64,000 nucleotides of DNA from a virus: positions 9,829-73,828 of IMG/VR virus record IMGVR_UViG_3300042922_000250; one strand, written 5' to 3'. Shown piece by piece: positions 9,596-18,876 of the stretch. The notes under the pieces are model-generated. The model searched no databases and was not told the origin of the DNA. It worked only from the letters and a program-made list of their open reading frames with translations. Positions within the stretch are counted from its first letter, which is position 1. Each line of letters starts with the position of its first letter. A program made the translations under genes and the position numbers.

Positions 9596-9596
9596 T
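9270..9596 (-). CDS. Overlapping alternate-frame N-terminal TM plus coiled-coil protein (putative i-spanin)
   Basis: Frame is open from ATT 9596: IENQRKTIYIVIAVIIAMVALYWYGSRD...; same overlap conserved at 35163. Confidence 0.6.
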   Translation of the reverse strand: MENQRKTIYIVIAVIIAMVALYWYGSRDYRPGIDATRTNLQSAGDQQQRASEEVRESQRIVVEVRETNQSIVREIESSREINRSNSGLFSEGKSIFNTVRERSKTRAQ

Positions 9597-9655
9597 AAGA
9601 AAACGACCTCCTAAATCTGCTTATAAGCACGATTAATATTCCGGCCTTTATGTTT

Positions 9656-9805
9656 CTATGCAAAAAGCGTAAAAACGAATGCGAGTGCCAAAATGACGAT
9701 AAAAAGGCCAATCCATACTTGCGGCTTTGTGAAGCTGTGTTTGTCGGCTTTTTCCTCAACAAAGTCGTCTATTTTGTGACCAAATTTATCCAATTTGTCA
9801 TTCAT
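9656..9805 (-). CDS. Small single-TM lysis-cassette protein (49 aa)
   Basis: Manual translation MNDKLDKFGHK...VWIGLFIVILALAFVFTLFA; coupled to the amidase stop. Confidence 0.6.
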   Translation of the reverse strand: MNDKLDKFGHKIDDFVEEKADKHSFTKPQVWIGLFIVILALAFVFTLFA

Positions 9806-10319
9806 AGCTTTGTACCCCCTTCACAATTGCTTCTGCTGCTTTATTTTTCCATTCTGTCGAAGCTAGTAATTCTTCCTCTTGCAAGTTGGTAATAAATGCA
9901 AGTTCAACCAGACAGGCCGGACAGTTGGTATGTTTTAATACGTATAATCCGGAAGACTGCTTAACCCCCCTGTCGGCCAGTCCAGTTGCTTCAACTAATT
10001 CGTCTTGTACGCATCTAGCGAGATATGAAGATTTCCCGGAACCATCATAAGCCCATGTTTCTGTTCCGTGAGCCTGTGGATTAGTTGCGCCGTTGCAATG
10101 GATGGAAACAAACAGGTCTGATCCCCACGCATTTGACAAGTCACATATTTCTTCCAGACTATCAGATTGGACAAATTGAACTTCATGGCCAAAATATTTA
10201 AGCAAGTCGCAGACGGTTGTCGCGACTTCTTTTACTACATCTGCCTCTTGCAATCCATTCTGTCCGATTGCGCCAGGGTCGATTCTTGGACAATGCCCTG
10301 CATTAATTGTGATTCTCAT
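9798..10319 (-). CDS. Endolysin, N-acetylmuramoyl-L-alanine amidase (Amidase_3)
   Basis: INAGH, DPGA, E, FVSIHCN, LYVLKHT..PACLVELAFITN; start at MRITIN. Confidence 0.92.
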   Translation of the reverse strand: MRITINAGHCPRIDPGAIGQNGLQEADVVKEVATTVCDLLKYFGHEVQFVQSDSLEEICDLSNAWGSDLFVSIHCNGATNPQAHGTETWAYDGSGKSSYLARCVQDELVEATGLADRGVKQSSGLYVLKHTNCPACLVELAFITNLQEEELLASTEWKNKAAEAIVKGVQSYE

Positions 10320-10654
10320 AAATTTTCCCCTTCGTGTAAATTTGGAGTATTGGTTAATGATTGAGCTTTGCGAACAACGGCAACCTCGCAGTCGATAATA
10401 AAGCCGATGATTGAAGCAGGAATGATAATTTTCTTCCAACCCAAAGCATCACGGGCAATATCGATAGCCTTCTGCCGTTTCTGTTGATTCTCCATGTTGT
10501 CAGCTGCTCGATCAAGCTCATATATGATTTTCTGCAAAGCTTCTTTAGGCTTACCGTTTGGCAATCCTCGATAAATTACATGGGCAGCTAAAACCAAAGC
10601 GGCAATAGCGGCCAGCGCGCCGATCACAGCATACGCTATTTGTAAGTCGCTCAT
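10316..10654 (-). CDS. Putative holin
   Basis: N-terminal TM, directly upstream of the endolysin; paralog at 36288. Confidence 0.65.
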   Translation of the reverse strand: MSDLQIAYAVIGALAAIAALVLAAHVIYRGLPNGKPKEALQKIIYELDRAADNMENQQKRQKAIDIARDALGWKKIIIPASIIGFIIDCEVAVVRKAQSLTNTPNLHEGENL

Positions 10655-10905
10655 TTGCTTGACTTCCTTTCAAGTTTCATCTGCTCATTAATCATCCGCA
10701 TTTGAACCGGAGTAACTTCCAGTCCAGATTCATGCAGAATTTTTCGCAAACTCTTTGACGCAATGTTGTTTTTGATGTAGACTGGTCTTGACAAGTGAGA
10801 TTTAGCGGTATTGTAACCGGATGAATAACCGATTTGATACGCTATCCCTGCGCATATTGCGATCACAGCAACGGAAAACACCATGAATACATAATGCTTG
10901 TTCAT
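10651..10905 (-). CDS. Membrane-anchored hypothetical protein
   Basis: N-terminal TM; lies in the lysis cassette. Confidence 0.55.
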   Translation of the reverse strand: MNKHYVFMVFSVAVIAICAGIAYQIGYSSGYNTAKSHLSRPVYIKNNIASKSLRKILHESGLEVTPVQMRMINEQMKLERKSSK

Positions 10906-10910
10906 ATCTC

Positions 10911-11105
10911 CTACTTTCTAAGCGCAACATATGCGCCCAATGCAAAGTTGATTAGCATCACGCCGCCAACAAAGTAATTGTATGATCGTTCGATTGTTGC
11001 GACTCGTTCAGCTATTTTAAGCTTTTCCTGTTCTTCAATCTTAGTTCTGATTACTGCGATATCGACAGCCATCTGTCTTAAAAGACGTTCATTGTCATCT
11101 GGCAC
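10911..11105 (-). CDS. XhlA-like small membrane protein
   Basis: Coiled coil followed by C-terminal TM; first gene of the lysis cassette. Confidence 0.55.
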   Translation of the reverse strand: MPDDNERLLRQMAVDIAVIRTKIEEQEKLKIAERVATIERSYNYFVGGVMLINFALGAYVALRK

Positions 11106-11149
11106 GTCATCACCCTTTCGAATCGGAAAATTGGATAGGAGAGGATTTT

Positions 11150-11476
11150 ATGCTTTATAAGCAGAAAAAAATTATTGTTATTTACTTAGTATGCGTAATC
11201 ATTGCTTGCGTCTATGTTCCTTGGGAGGCAGTAGCAGGAGAAAATATTAGAATGCCTGCCGGATATGCATTAATTAGTAATCCACCGATATTTTTTACTT
11301 TTTATACAGAAAATAAAAAATTAAATACTAAAAACCCATATATCGAAGATGTTCCACAAGCAAACAAACGGTACATAACAAACGTTGATATTAATAGATT
11401 ATTGATAGAGATTGTTATAATTACCGCTACTTTGGGGATAGCATACATTCAGACGATAAAAAACGACGAATCTTAA
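11150..11476 (+). CDS. Two-TM membrane moron
   Basis: AGGAGG RBS; antisense and AT-rich; N- and C-terminal hydrophobic helices. Confidence 0.6.
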   Translation: MLYKQKKIIVIYLVCVIIACVYVPWEAVAGENIRMPAGYALISNPPIFFTFYTENKKLNTKNPYIEDVPQANKRYITNVDINRLLIEIVIITATLGIAYIQTIKNDES

Positions 11477-11491
11477 AAAAGAAAAGAGAGG

Positions 11492-14278
11492 CTATATTGC
11501 CCCTCTTTTCTTTTCTCGTTTATATGCGTCTGCGGCCTCTTTCATTTGCCGACCTAATTCTTTTATCTGGTTCTCATGATCCTTAATGCGCGACTGCTTT
11601 TCTTCTTTTGATAATCGTTGATCTTTTTTTATGTCATTCAAAACGCTATTAATACTCTGTCTTTGCCTAGACATTGCCGACATATTTTGTTTGAAAACCT
11701 CGTCAACGTTTATAGGAACATTTTTAACACCTGCAAAAACCTGCGCTAATGCAGAGGCAGGACTGTATTGCCTGCCCATTCTGTCAACATTGCCGCTTAG
11801 ACCGTCTCCTAATTTCTCGCCAGCATAATTATACGGCAACGGAAAAGATGGCCCCAAGGAATTCCAGGCATACCGTGCATATTCGCCAGCCTTTTCATTG
11901 TTTGTCATTCCGGGTTTAATGACTTCCTGCCCTAATCCGTTGCGGCCAGTCTTAATGAGTTGCGCCGCATCAAACAAAGGATTACCTAATGAAATATCAT
12001 TCGCAAAAGGCAGGATATAATTAAGATCGATATTGTTTTGCACCTTTTGCTCTTTACCGTTTACGATGCGTGTCCCCTGTCCGATTGGCAACAGTTGGCG
12101 CGTTTGCAGGTGTTCGGGAAGAATCTTTTCTCGATCAGCGGTATTGTCCTGATTTTGTAGTTTAGTGTACTTGGTAACTTGCGCCGGGCGTTCATACAGT
12201 GCTTTGGCTGTCTCTTTTGTCGCAAAGTATGGAAACTTAGCAAATGGAACAAGACCGCTTCGCGACAATGAATTAATAATATCCGGAGCCTGCGAATAGT
12301 CAAACAATGCTCGATTAGCAATGTCTGCGGCTTCTTTTATTGTTTTTCCTTCCTCGCGATGATATGAATAGACAACAGCACGCCAAAATTTATCAGGTGC
12401 GCCGAAAGCTTCCATAGCCTTGTCGGCTACTTTTTTAATTCCGGTAGGATTTTCGCCAATGATATTGCGCAACTCCTGCTTATTCCACACATTACCAAGG
12501 ATTCCAGTTTCGCGAAGTTCGCGAAGAATAGGAGCATTTTTTCCTTGTTCAGAGAATACCTTCGATATTTTGAACATTTGCTTTGGCATTGACTGAAAAG
12601 GGACTTTACCAAATACGTTCGCCATCGGGATACCAGAATAGAAGTTTCTAGCAATTGCGGAAGGAGAAGCGAGTTTTTCAACTTTCCACCACGACACCAT
12701 CTTTTGCAGAGTGGCATTGATATTATCTGGCTTAGTTCCCATCGTTCCCATTATCTGATTTGCTACGTCCTTAGGAACCCATTTGCCAGATAATGCACCG
12801 TATGCCTTTCCTTCTGGTATTTCAACATACTGCCTGCGTGCTGGCAATGTCCTGGACAAGTCGGCAGCTTCTTCCGCGCTTTTGCCAAACATATTATCAA
12901 CGGTTCTCAAGAATTCATCCTCTCGAATTGTCTTCGATGCGCGGTTGAGAGTATCCATTATTTTATACTCTGGATCCTTTATTTCTCCCAGCTTGCGCAA
13001 TGTATCTTCTGATAATACTTGCCGCTGCGTAAACTCTTTAACATCAACAGAATGAGCGCGGCCAAATCCTTGCCGACCGGGAGCAGTTGTATCGGCTAAA
13101 TCCTTATACGCTCTGCGCCATTCTTCCGGCGTGCCGTTTTTACGCAATGCTTCAAGAAACTGTTCTGGATTTTCATACTTTCCTATTGCTCGACGCAAGT
13201 GAGAACCTTCTTGAAACCTAACAACTGCTTCGTCACCAAGTCGGCCAACATCAGATAATGTATTCTGAATCTGCAAATTCCGGTCAATTACCTTATCGCC
13301 GATAATTTGTATTGCCTTTCTAAGGCCTGGTTCAGGAATGTTAGACAGAACTTCATCACGGAAAGCATAGTCAGGGATGGATTGACCTGCCTTTTTTGCG
13401 ACTCGTTGCGGTTCTTGTAGCAGATAGTCCGGTATTTCTTCTCCAACATCGCGCAAAGTATCAAAAGCAGTAGGCTTATCAATGGTTCCTGCCTTGATAT
13501 CTTCCAATAGCTTACCTTTATTGAAAGAATTTAAAACAGCGTCTTGAGTTTGTGGTGTAATTGCGCCGCCTCGATTCGCTCCCTGGATATAATCATTTAA
13601 GACAGTCGCTTGATCACCGTATTGCTTTTTCAATCCTTGAACTTCGTCAACGATATCTTGACCTTTTACCATATCAGAAGCGCGACCTGCTCTAAATGCA
13701 TCCTGCGCCTCTTGGACGCGATTAATACCTGTCCAGTCCTCTAATGCAGCAATAGCCTTTTGCCCACGCTCTGATCCTTTCGCAGCGTTTACAGCAGGGG
13801 TTATAAGGTTATCGGTTAATCCTACAGCCTTAGAGCCTTTAGCTGCACCTGCAACAATCTTGGCCGGAGTAATAACATTTAGCGGATCAAGTAAAACGTC
13901 TGTAGCAAAGCCAGCAACGGCGGCAGTAGTCGGATTCTCTTTAACCCAATCTTGGTTGAAGGTTTCTTTCCAGCTTGTATTTTCCTGCCAGCCTTTTTTT
14001 GCCCCTTCCAAAAGTGGTGTATCATCTTGATAAGCCTTTACTGTTCCGGCAATAGCTCCGCGCGGCTTGTCTAGGTATGATATAGCATCCAATGCGGCAG
14101 ATGCAGGTTTAAGCAATATAGATCCAACATCTGCCGCTACGTTATACACTTTATCGGCTAATGATTCTTCTTGATTATCTAAATATGGGTTTGATGGTTG
14201 CTGAATGTAGGGATTGTTGGACGAAGCAGGAGATTGTTTATCGACATATGGATTTTGCGTTAAATATGGATTGGACAA
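11492..14278 (-). CDS. Large internal virion/ejection protein (P22 gp16 position)
   Basis: 928 aa, helical; NPY repeats at N-terminus; ALFDYS...LVPFAKFPY motif; last of three ejection-type genes. Confidence 0.65.
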   Translation of the reverse strand: MSNPYLTQNPYVDKQSPASSNNPYIQQPSNPYLDNQEESLADKVYNVAADVGSILLKPASAALDAISYLDKPRGAIAGTVKAYQDDTPLLEGAKKGWQENTSWKETFNQDWVKENPTTAAVAGFATDVLLDPLNVITPAKIVAGAAKGSKAVGLTDNLITPAVNAAKGSERGQKAIAALEDWTGINRVQEAQDAFRAGRASDMVKGQDIVDEVQGLKKQYGDQATVLNDYIQGANRGGAITPQTQDAVLNSFNKGKLLEDIKAGTIDKPTAFDTLRDVGEEIPDYLLQEPQRVAKKAGQSIPDYAFRDEVLSNIPEPGLRKAIQIIGDKVIDRNLQIQNTLSDVGRLGDEAVVRFQEGSHLRRAIGKYENPEQFLEALRKNGTPEEWRRAYKDLADTTAPGRQGFGRAHSVDVKEFTQRQVLSEDTLRKLGEIKDPEYKIMDTLNRASKTIREDEFLRTVDNMFGKSAEEAADLSRTLPARRQYVEIPEGKAYGALSGKWVPKDVANQIMGTMGTKPDNINATLQKMVSWWKVEKLASPSAIARNFYSGIPMANVFGKVPFQSMPKQMFKISKVFSEQGKNAPILRELRETGILGNVWNKQELRNIIGENPTGIKKVADKAMEAFGAPDKFWRAVVYSYHREEGKTIKEAADIANRALFDYSQAPDIINSLSRSGLVPFAKFPYFATKETAKALYERPAQVTKYTKLQNQDNTADREKILPEHLQTRQLLPIGQGTRIVNGKEQKVQNNIDLNYILPFANDISLGNPLFDAAQLIKTGRNGLGQEVIKPGMTNNEKAGEYARYAWNSLGPSFPLPYNYAGEKLGDGLSGNVDRMGRQYSPASALAQVFAGVKNVPINVDEVFKQNMSAMSRQRQSINSVLNDIKKDQRLSKEEKQSRIKDHENQIKELGRQMKEAADAYKREKKRGAI

Positions 14279-14296
14279 TATTAACCGCCTCCTGTT

Positions 14297-15781
14297 CTAT
14301 CGTCTATCGCTCATTAAGTCTCGAACCCATGTAAGACCGCTCTTTTTTGTCTTGTCAAGAAATGATCCGCTTTGATATCCGGTATCTGGATCGTATACGT
14401 CGGGAGTTGCAGGGTTTTGTTCTGCAACAGAATTCGCGCCAACAGCAGCTAAAAGAGCGTCAACGTCAACGCCCTGATTAATTAATTCATTCGCTCTAGC
14501 TTTGATTCCTTGCGCTATTTTAGCAGGTGCAACTCCGCGAGTTATCGCTTCTTGGATATAACCAAGTTCTGTTTCTTGAGCATTTCCTTGCTGCTGCAAT
14601 ACGTCTTGCTGTTGACCTCCGTTAACATCCGGGATAATACTGTTAATATACGGAAGTAAACGTTGTGCCAATTCCGGATTCTTAACACGCCTGGTCATAA
14701 TCGGTCTGCCCATTACATCGGTTTCCCCTGTCGCCTCGCTAACTGTTTCGGATGCATCTTTATAAAGAGCAAGTAATTGGGCAGCATTATTACCGCCGCC
14801 TGTACTTCTTGTTCCTGTTGATCTTATTTCTTGTCCCCTAGCGGTTATATCTTGCGCTCTCCTGGTAGAATCAAGTTGTGCCTGTTGAATCTCAGTAATT
14901 CCCGGCTTGCTCCTGTGAACCTCCGTATACTGACCATCCGGAGTAACAGCGTAGGTTACATTCTCGCCATTTTCCTGCACCGTCTGGAAGTCTCTAGCTC
15001 CCATCTTAATAGCCTGGGCGACTAACTGCATATCCGCAGGCTGAAATCCGTAACGATTAGCCAATGAGCGATGTTTTGCAGCTGCTTGTAAAATCTTGCG
15101 AGGATCGCTCGACCCGAACGCCTGATTCAATTCTTCATCTGCCTGTGCAGCGTATCTGTCGGCAGTTTCCTTGACTCGCATACCGGCTATTTCTTGAGCC
15201 TTTTGATTAACGATACTATAGGCTTCTTTTGCAGAATATCCTGCTTTGACCATATCCTGTATAGATGCTTTCATCTTTGGCGCAAGATCACGCATAGCTT
15301 CTGCGTTAGTACGATAGTCGCGGTTGACTTGCATAGTCGGAGGCTGTTGCGTAGAAGGTTGCAAAGCAGGTTGTGCGGATTGAGAAGCGGATAGAGCCTG
15401 TCTAAATGGCGTTTGCTGCTGTGTTGTACTCTGTTGAAATGCAGCCTGTATAGGCGAGGTTTGCGAAGGTTGTTGACTTAACAGAGCAGATTGAAACGGC
15501 ATTGCCTGCGCGGGTCTATTGCCGGATAGCAAGCCTGTTTGATCAATGCCGAATTGCTGTGGTGCATTATTGAATTGTTGTCCTGCCGATAACAATCCTT
15601 GCCCTGCTCCGGCTGTGTTTAACCGTGTGTCTGTTTGCGGCTGAGTCAATGCAGAATCAACGTTTGTCAGCGCGTTAGCCTGCGCTCTTTCTTGATTGCG
15701 CTGTCCGATTGCGCCGACTATCTGCGCTAATGCGTCCCAACCTGTAGCTTGTGGTTGATAGCGTCCCCACATTAACGACAC
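14297..15781 (-). CDS. Ejection protein (gp20 position)
   Basis: Q/A-rich low-complexity sequence; gene order. Confidence 0.55.
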   Translation of the reverse strand: MSLMWGRYQPQATGWDALAQIVGAIGQRNQERAQANALTNVDSALTQPQTDTRLNTAGAGQGLLSAGQQFNNAPQQFGIDQTGLLSGNRPAQAMPFQSALLSQQPSQTSPIQAAFQQSTTQQQTPFRQALSASQSAQPALQPSTQQPPTMQVNRDYRTNAEAMRDLAPKMKASIQDMVKAGYSAKEAYSIVNQKAQEIAGMRVKETADRYAAQADEELNQAFGSSDPRKILQAAAKHRSLANRYGFQPADMQLVAQAIKMGARDFQTVQENGENVTYAVTPDGQYTEVHRSKPGITEIQQAQLDSTRRAQDITARGQEIRSTGTRSTGGGNNAAQLLALYKDASETVSEATGETDVMGRPIMTRRVKNPELAQRLLPYINSIIPDVNGGQQQDVLQQQGNAQETELGYIQEAITRGVAPAKIAQGIKARANELINQGVDVDALLAAVGANSVAEQNPATPDVYDPDTGYQSGSFLDKTKKSGLTWVRDLMSDRR

Positions 15782-16872
15782 CCCCTAACCGCGAATCCGT
15801 TCGCAAAATAGATGTTTTCGCCAGTGGTCTTAAAGTCATAAATCAATTCTTTGATGGGGTTAATCTCGACAGAGCGAACAACTTCGCCACGCTTTAAGCC
15901 AACCAACTCTTTGCCGATTAATTCAGCAGGAAGAAAATCGCCTTCGGTAGTCAGGAAAGGCTGTGTTGATGTAGGCCTAACTTCTGAACTATCAGTATTG
16001 ATAACCATGTAGTCATTAGGCGATATTTGCGGTTCTTGCACATGAATAACGCTTTCTATTCCGTGAAGCGAATAAACCTTGTCACCTACCTGAATTCGTT
16101 CAATAGGTTTATTTCCATCAGGGCAAGCAATCATTGTACCTGCAACAAAACAAAGCAATGCCGCCGATCCAAGAGAACCGACCGCATTCCATGCATTAGA
16201 TCCTCCATCGCTCTGCGTGGTAGTGGTGCTGCCTGTCCCCATACGACCGCTGTACATTTGATTGAATAGATCACTGGTATTGTTTGCTAGAGAATCAGAT
16301 GTACTAGACAATCCAGACAACATCGTCAAGAAGTTGTTTAAATTGCTAGTGTTATTGGCACTCGCATTGCCTAACAATCCGGAATAGGTACTTTGATCAC
16401 TTGCATAGTTTTTAGCTAGAGTATCAGCAGCATTTTGCGATATCTGATCTAATGCACTGCCAGTGACAGAAGAATTTAATATTCCCCTTGAACCAAGGCT
16501 GTTGATTGCACTGCCTACCGTTCCTGTTAAATCGCTGTTTAGAGCCTGTTGTCTAGCAGTTGCATAGGAAGACGGAAGATTGCCGCTAAGCAGGCTTGCA
16601 TAGCCACTGTTGATGTCGTTAGCGGTATTGTTATAGTTGCTGTATACGTTGCCAGCGTTACCTGCTACTGTGTTAGCAGTTCCAAGAAGACTATTAGCTG
16701 TACCCATAGCGGTATTAGCATAGTTAGTTGCACTACCTTGCAATGCTGCTTCTTGTGCTGTCTGATTGGGGATTGATCTTTTTGTCGAAGAGCTAGATCC
16801 ACCCTTAAAATCAACCATTTGTAGATGCAGACGTTTTATTGTATCATCCGGTATGACTGTCCATGTTCTCAC
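15772..16872 (-). CDS. gp7-like ejection protein with C-terminal Hint domain
   Basis: GTG 16872 with AAGGTGA RBS; leader then FKGGSSS; S/N/A-rich body; CFVAGT...KPIERIQVGDKV...YDF...YFANGFAV. Confidence 0.75.
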   Translation of the reverse strand: MRTWTVIPDDTIKRLHLQMVDFKGGSSSSTKRSIPNQTAQEAALQGSATNYANTAMGTANSLLGTANTVAGNAGNVYSNYNNTANDINSGYASLLSGNLPSSYATARQQALNSDLTGTVGSAINSLGSRGILNSSVTGSALDQISQNAADTLAKNYASDQSTYSGLLGNASANNTSNLNNFLTMLSGLSSTSDSLANNTSDLFNQMYSGRMGTGSTTTTQSDGGSNAWNAVGSLGSAALLCFVAGTMIACPDGNKPIERIQVGDKVYSLHGIESVIHVQEPQISPNDYMVINTDSSEVRPTSTQPFLTTEGDFLPAELIGKELVGLKRGEVVRSVEINPIKELIYDFKTTGENIYFANGFAVRGCR

Positions 16873-17213
16873 TAAATCACCTTCTTTTCCATGATCCAAT
16901 AAAATGTACCGTTTGGTCTTATTCCGCTTAATGCTATGTTTGGCGTAGATTTCGTTAATCGCATATAACCGGAAGGATCACGAGAAGTTGCTGTTCTGAG
17001 CATTTTACATCCTCTCGCCTTTGCCATTTCCACGCATTTGTCATGCGCCCACGTGACATTTTCTGTGCAGGTGTGGTCAATCTCAAACACATCACCAAAT
17101 TTATGCCAACAAAAAAAGCCCTTATCAGGCTCGTAATAAATTTGAAAGCCGGGAAGTAATTCAAACTTCTCGGCTTTCTTTTCGTATTTGGCTATCCATT
17201 CACTCAGTTGCAT
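16872..17213 (-). CDS. GNAT-like virion assembly protein (P22 gp14 position)
   Basis: Size, AKARGCK motif and position before the gp7-like gene. Confidence 0.45.
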   Translation of the reverse strand: MQLSEWIAKYEKKAEKFELLPGFQIYYEPDKGFFCWHKFGDVFEIDHTCTENVTWAHDKCVEMAKARGCKMLRTATSRDPSGYMRLTKSTPNIALSGIRPNGTFYWIMEKKVI

Positions 17214-17349
17214 TTTCTACTTTATCCGGTATGATAATCGGATCGTTGAACTTGCTTAGACAATCAAGGCACTTGTACCAATCGGGGCCAAGCTTTGGAT
17301 AAGGAACAATGTTTGTACTCCAACAAAGTGAACAATGTATTTCAGACAT
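17200..17349 (-). CDS. Small zinc-ribbon protein (49 aa)
   Basis: Manual translation MSEIHCSLCWSTNI...YKCLDCLSKF. Confidence 0.5.
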   Translation of the reverse strand: MSEIHCSLCWSTNIVPYPKLGPDWYKCLDCLSKFNDPIIIPDKVENATE

Positions 17350-17566
17350 TCCCCGACTCCTCCTCTAATGCTTCTATTTCCGCATTTCTATTTGCTATTG
17401 TAGCCAAATAAGCAGTGGAAAGGGCAGTTAATTTTGCCTGTTGGCTTGTTCCATCTGCAGCGAATACAAGCGGTATAGAATCCTTGTATGCATCAAGCTT
17501 AGATTTATATTTAGCAATAACATCCGCTATTTTTTCATCAGCTGTTTTTTCTCTGATTGTGATCAT
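17342..17566 (-). CDS. Tail-fibre-associated hypothetical protein
   Basis: Start probably MITIREK after GGAGGTG RBS. Confidence 0.5.
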   Translation of the reverse strand: MITIREKTADEKIADVIAKYKSKLDAYKDSIPLVFAADGTSQQAKLTALSTAYLATIANRNAEIEALEEESGNV

Positions 17567-17571
17567 TGGCG

Positions 17572-17790
17572 TTAAGCACCTCCATATCCGTCTGGTGTTG
17601 AAAAGTCTGCACCCCATAACATTCTGGCCGATCTATCTACTGGAATTTCAATAGCATCTACAATTAAAAAAGGCGTACCTTCTGGCACGTCTTTTTGCGC
17701 TAATTCTTCTATTGTGCCGCTATAGCTAGGAGCGGGGATAATTACGGATATTGTTGTTCCATTTGGGTAGATTATTCGTTTCATAAACAA
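17572..17790 (-). CDS. Tail-fibre-associated protein
   Basis: IEELAQKDVPEGTPF.IVD..EIP.DR..R..W motif typical of genes downstream of fibres. Confidence 0.55.
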   Translation of the reverse strand: MFMKRIIYPNGTTISVIIPAPSYSGTIEELAQKDVPEGTPFLIVDAIEIPVDRSARMLWGADFSTPDGYGGA

Positions 17791-17805
17791 CCTCCATTAA
17801 AAAAG

Positions 17806-18876
17806 TTAACAGAAAACAGCAATATTTAACGTTGGCGCGTCTGCCGCAGAATCGGGAGAATAAATATTCCAAGTGGCTATCCTAACGTATGTGGTTGTAT
17901 ATCTGTCAACAATAGAATTCATGCGAGAATTACCACCGGTTCCATCCGAATCCCTACCGGAAATCGCTATCGCAGAAAAGTTATTGCTCGGCATGGCGGT
18001 AATAAAATTAACGGTGTAATCGCCGGTTCCGTTATCGACAATACTTGATATATTACCGCTAGCGCGTATATAAATATTTCTTGTTATATTACCGCTAGTG
18101 GTTAAACTTGTACCTGCTATATAGGTAAATACATTTGCGTTAACTACAGTATCAACAATATACGAACCTGCAACTCCAGTTCCGGATGTTGGGGATAAAT
18201 TCACATTTTCACCAACATTTAAACCATGACCAGTCATAGTGACCGTTACACTTGTACCAGTTTGCGAATATGTTCCAGTTAAAGGGACTCCATTAAAATT
18301 AACCCAAGCTCGACATGCGTAAATAGGAGCGGAGCCAGAAGCGTTCAATTCTGCCTTTATAACATTATTTATCTTTAATGGGTTGCCATCCGATCTAGTG
18401 TATTTTGTACAATAAACAGTCGTTCCGTCAGAATAATAACTAGCCATATCTCCTGAAGCTGTTGTTATATCGGCTGTGCCCGGTAGGTTGTTATTGGTCG
18501 AGTGGTGCGCAAGCGTTAGTATCCCGTCGAATACAACTTCTCTACGCATTCCTGCACCTAACGTAACCGCAGTAATAGCGGTATTTCCTGTTATGTGTAA
18601 GAAGTTTCCTGTCGCGGTTGTTAAGTTAATAGTTGATGCAGAGGCTATTGCAGAACCAACAGATTCATTTAACACGCTGTCAACAACAATTGAACTCAGG
18701 TTAATTAGCGCGCCTCCGTCTGTCGTTCCGTCATGCGTATGTCCTGTGGATTCAGAAATAAACGTACTTAATTTAGTGTAAATCGAAGAAAATTCATTTT
18801 TTAGCTTAGTAAATCCTGTCTGCTTACCATCGCCACCAGGAGCAATATTTAAAGGGTTTTGCGTTGTCCAACTCAA
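17806..18876 (-). CDS. Podovirus tail fibre/receptor-binding protein
   Basis: GHTHDG motif, CRAWVNFNG, IRASGNISSIVDNGTGDYTVNF. Confidence 0.75.
   Translation of the reverse strand: MSWTTQNPLNIAPGGDGKQTGFTKLKNEFSSIYTKLSTFISESTGHTHDGTTDGGALINLSSIVVDSVLNESVGSAIASASTINLTTATGNFLHITGNTAITAVTLGAGMRREVVFDGILTLAHHSTNNNLPGTADITTASGDMASYYSDGTTVYCTKYTRSDGNPLKINNVIKAELNASGSAPIYACRAWVNFNGVPLTGTYSQTGTSVTVTMTGHGLNVGENVNLSPTSGTGVAGSYIVDTVVNANVFTYIAGTSLTTSGNITRNIYIRASGNISSIVDNGTGDYTVNFITAMPSNNFSAIAISGRDSDGTGGNSRMNSIVDRYTTTYVRIATWNIYSPDSAADAPTLNIAVFC

Noticed and set aside
15772-16152. Canonical splicing intein
   Set aside because: Lacks the block B His, the terminal His-Asn and a real C-extein; treated as a Hint domain instead.
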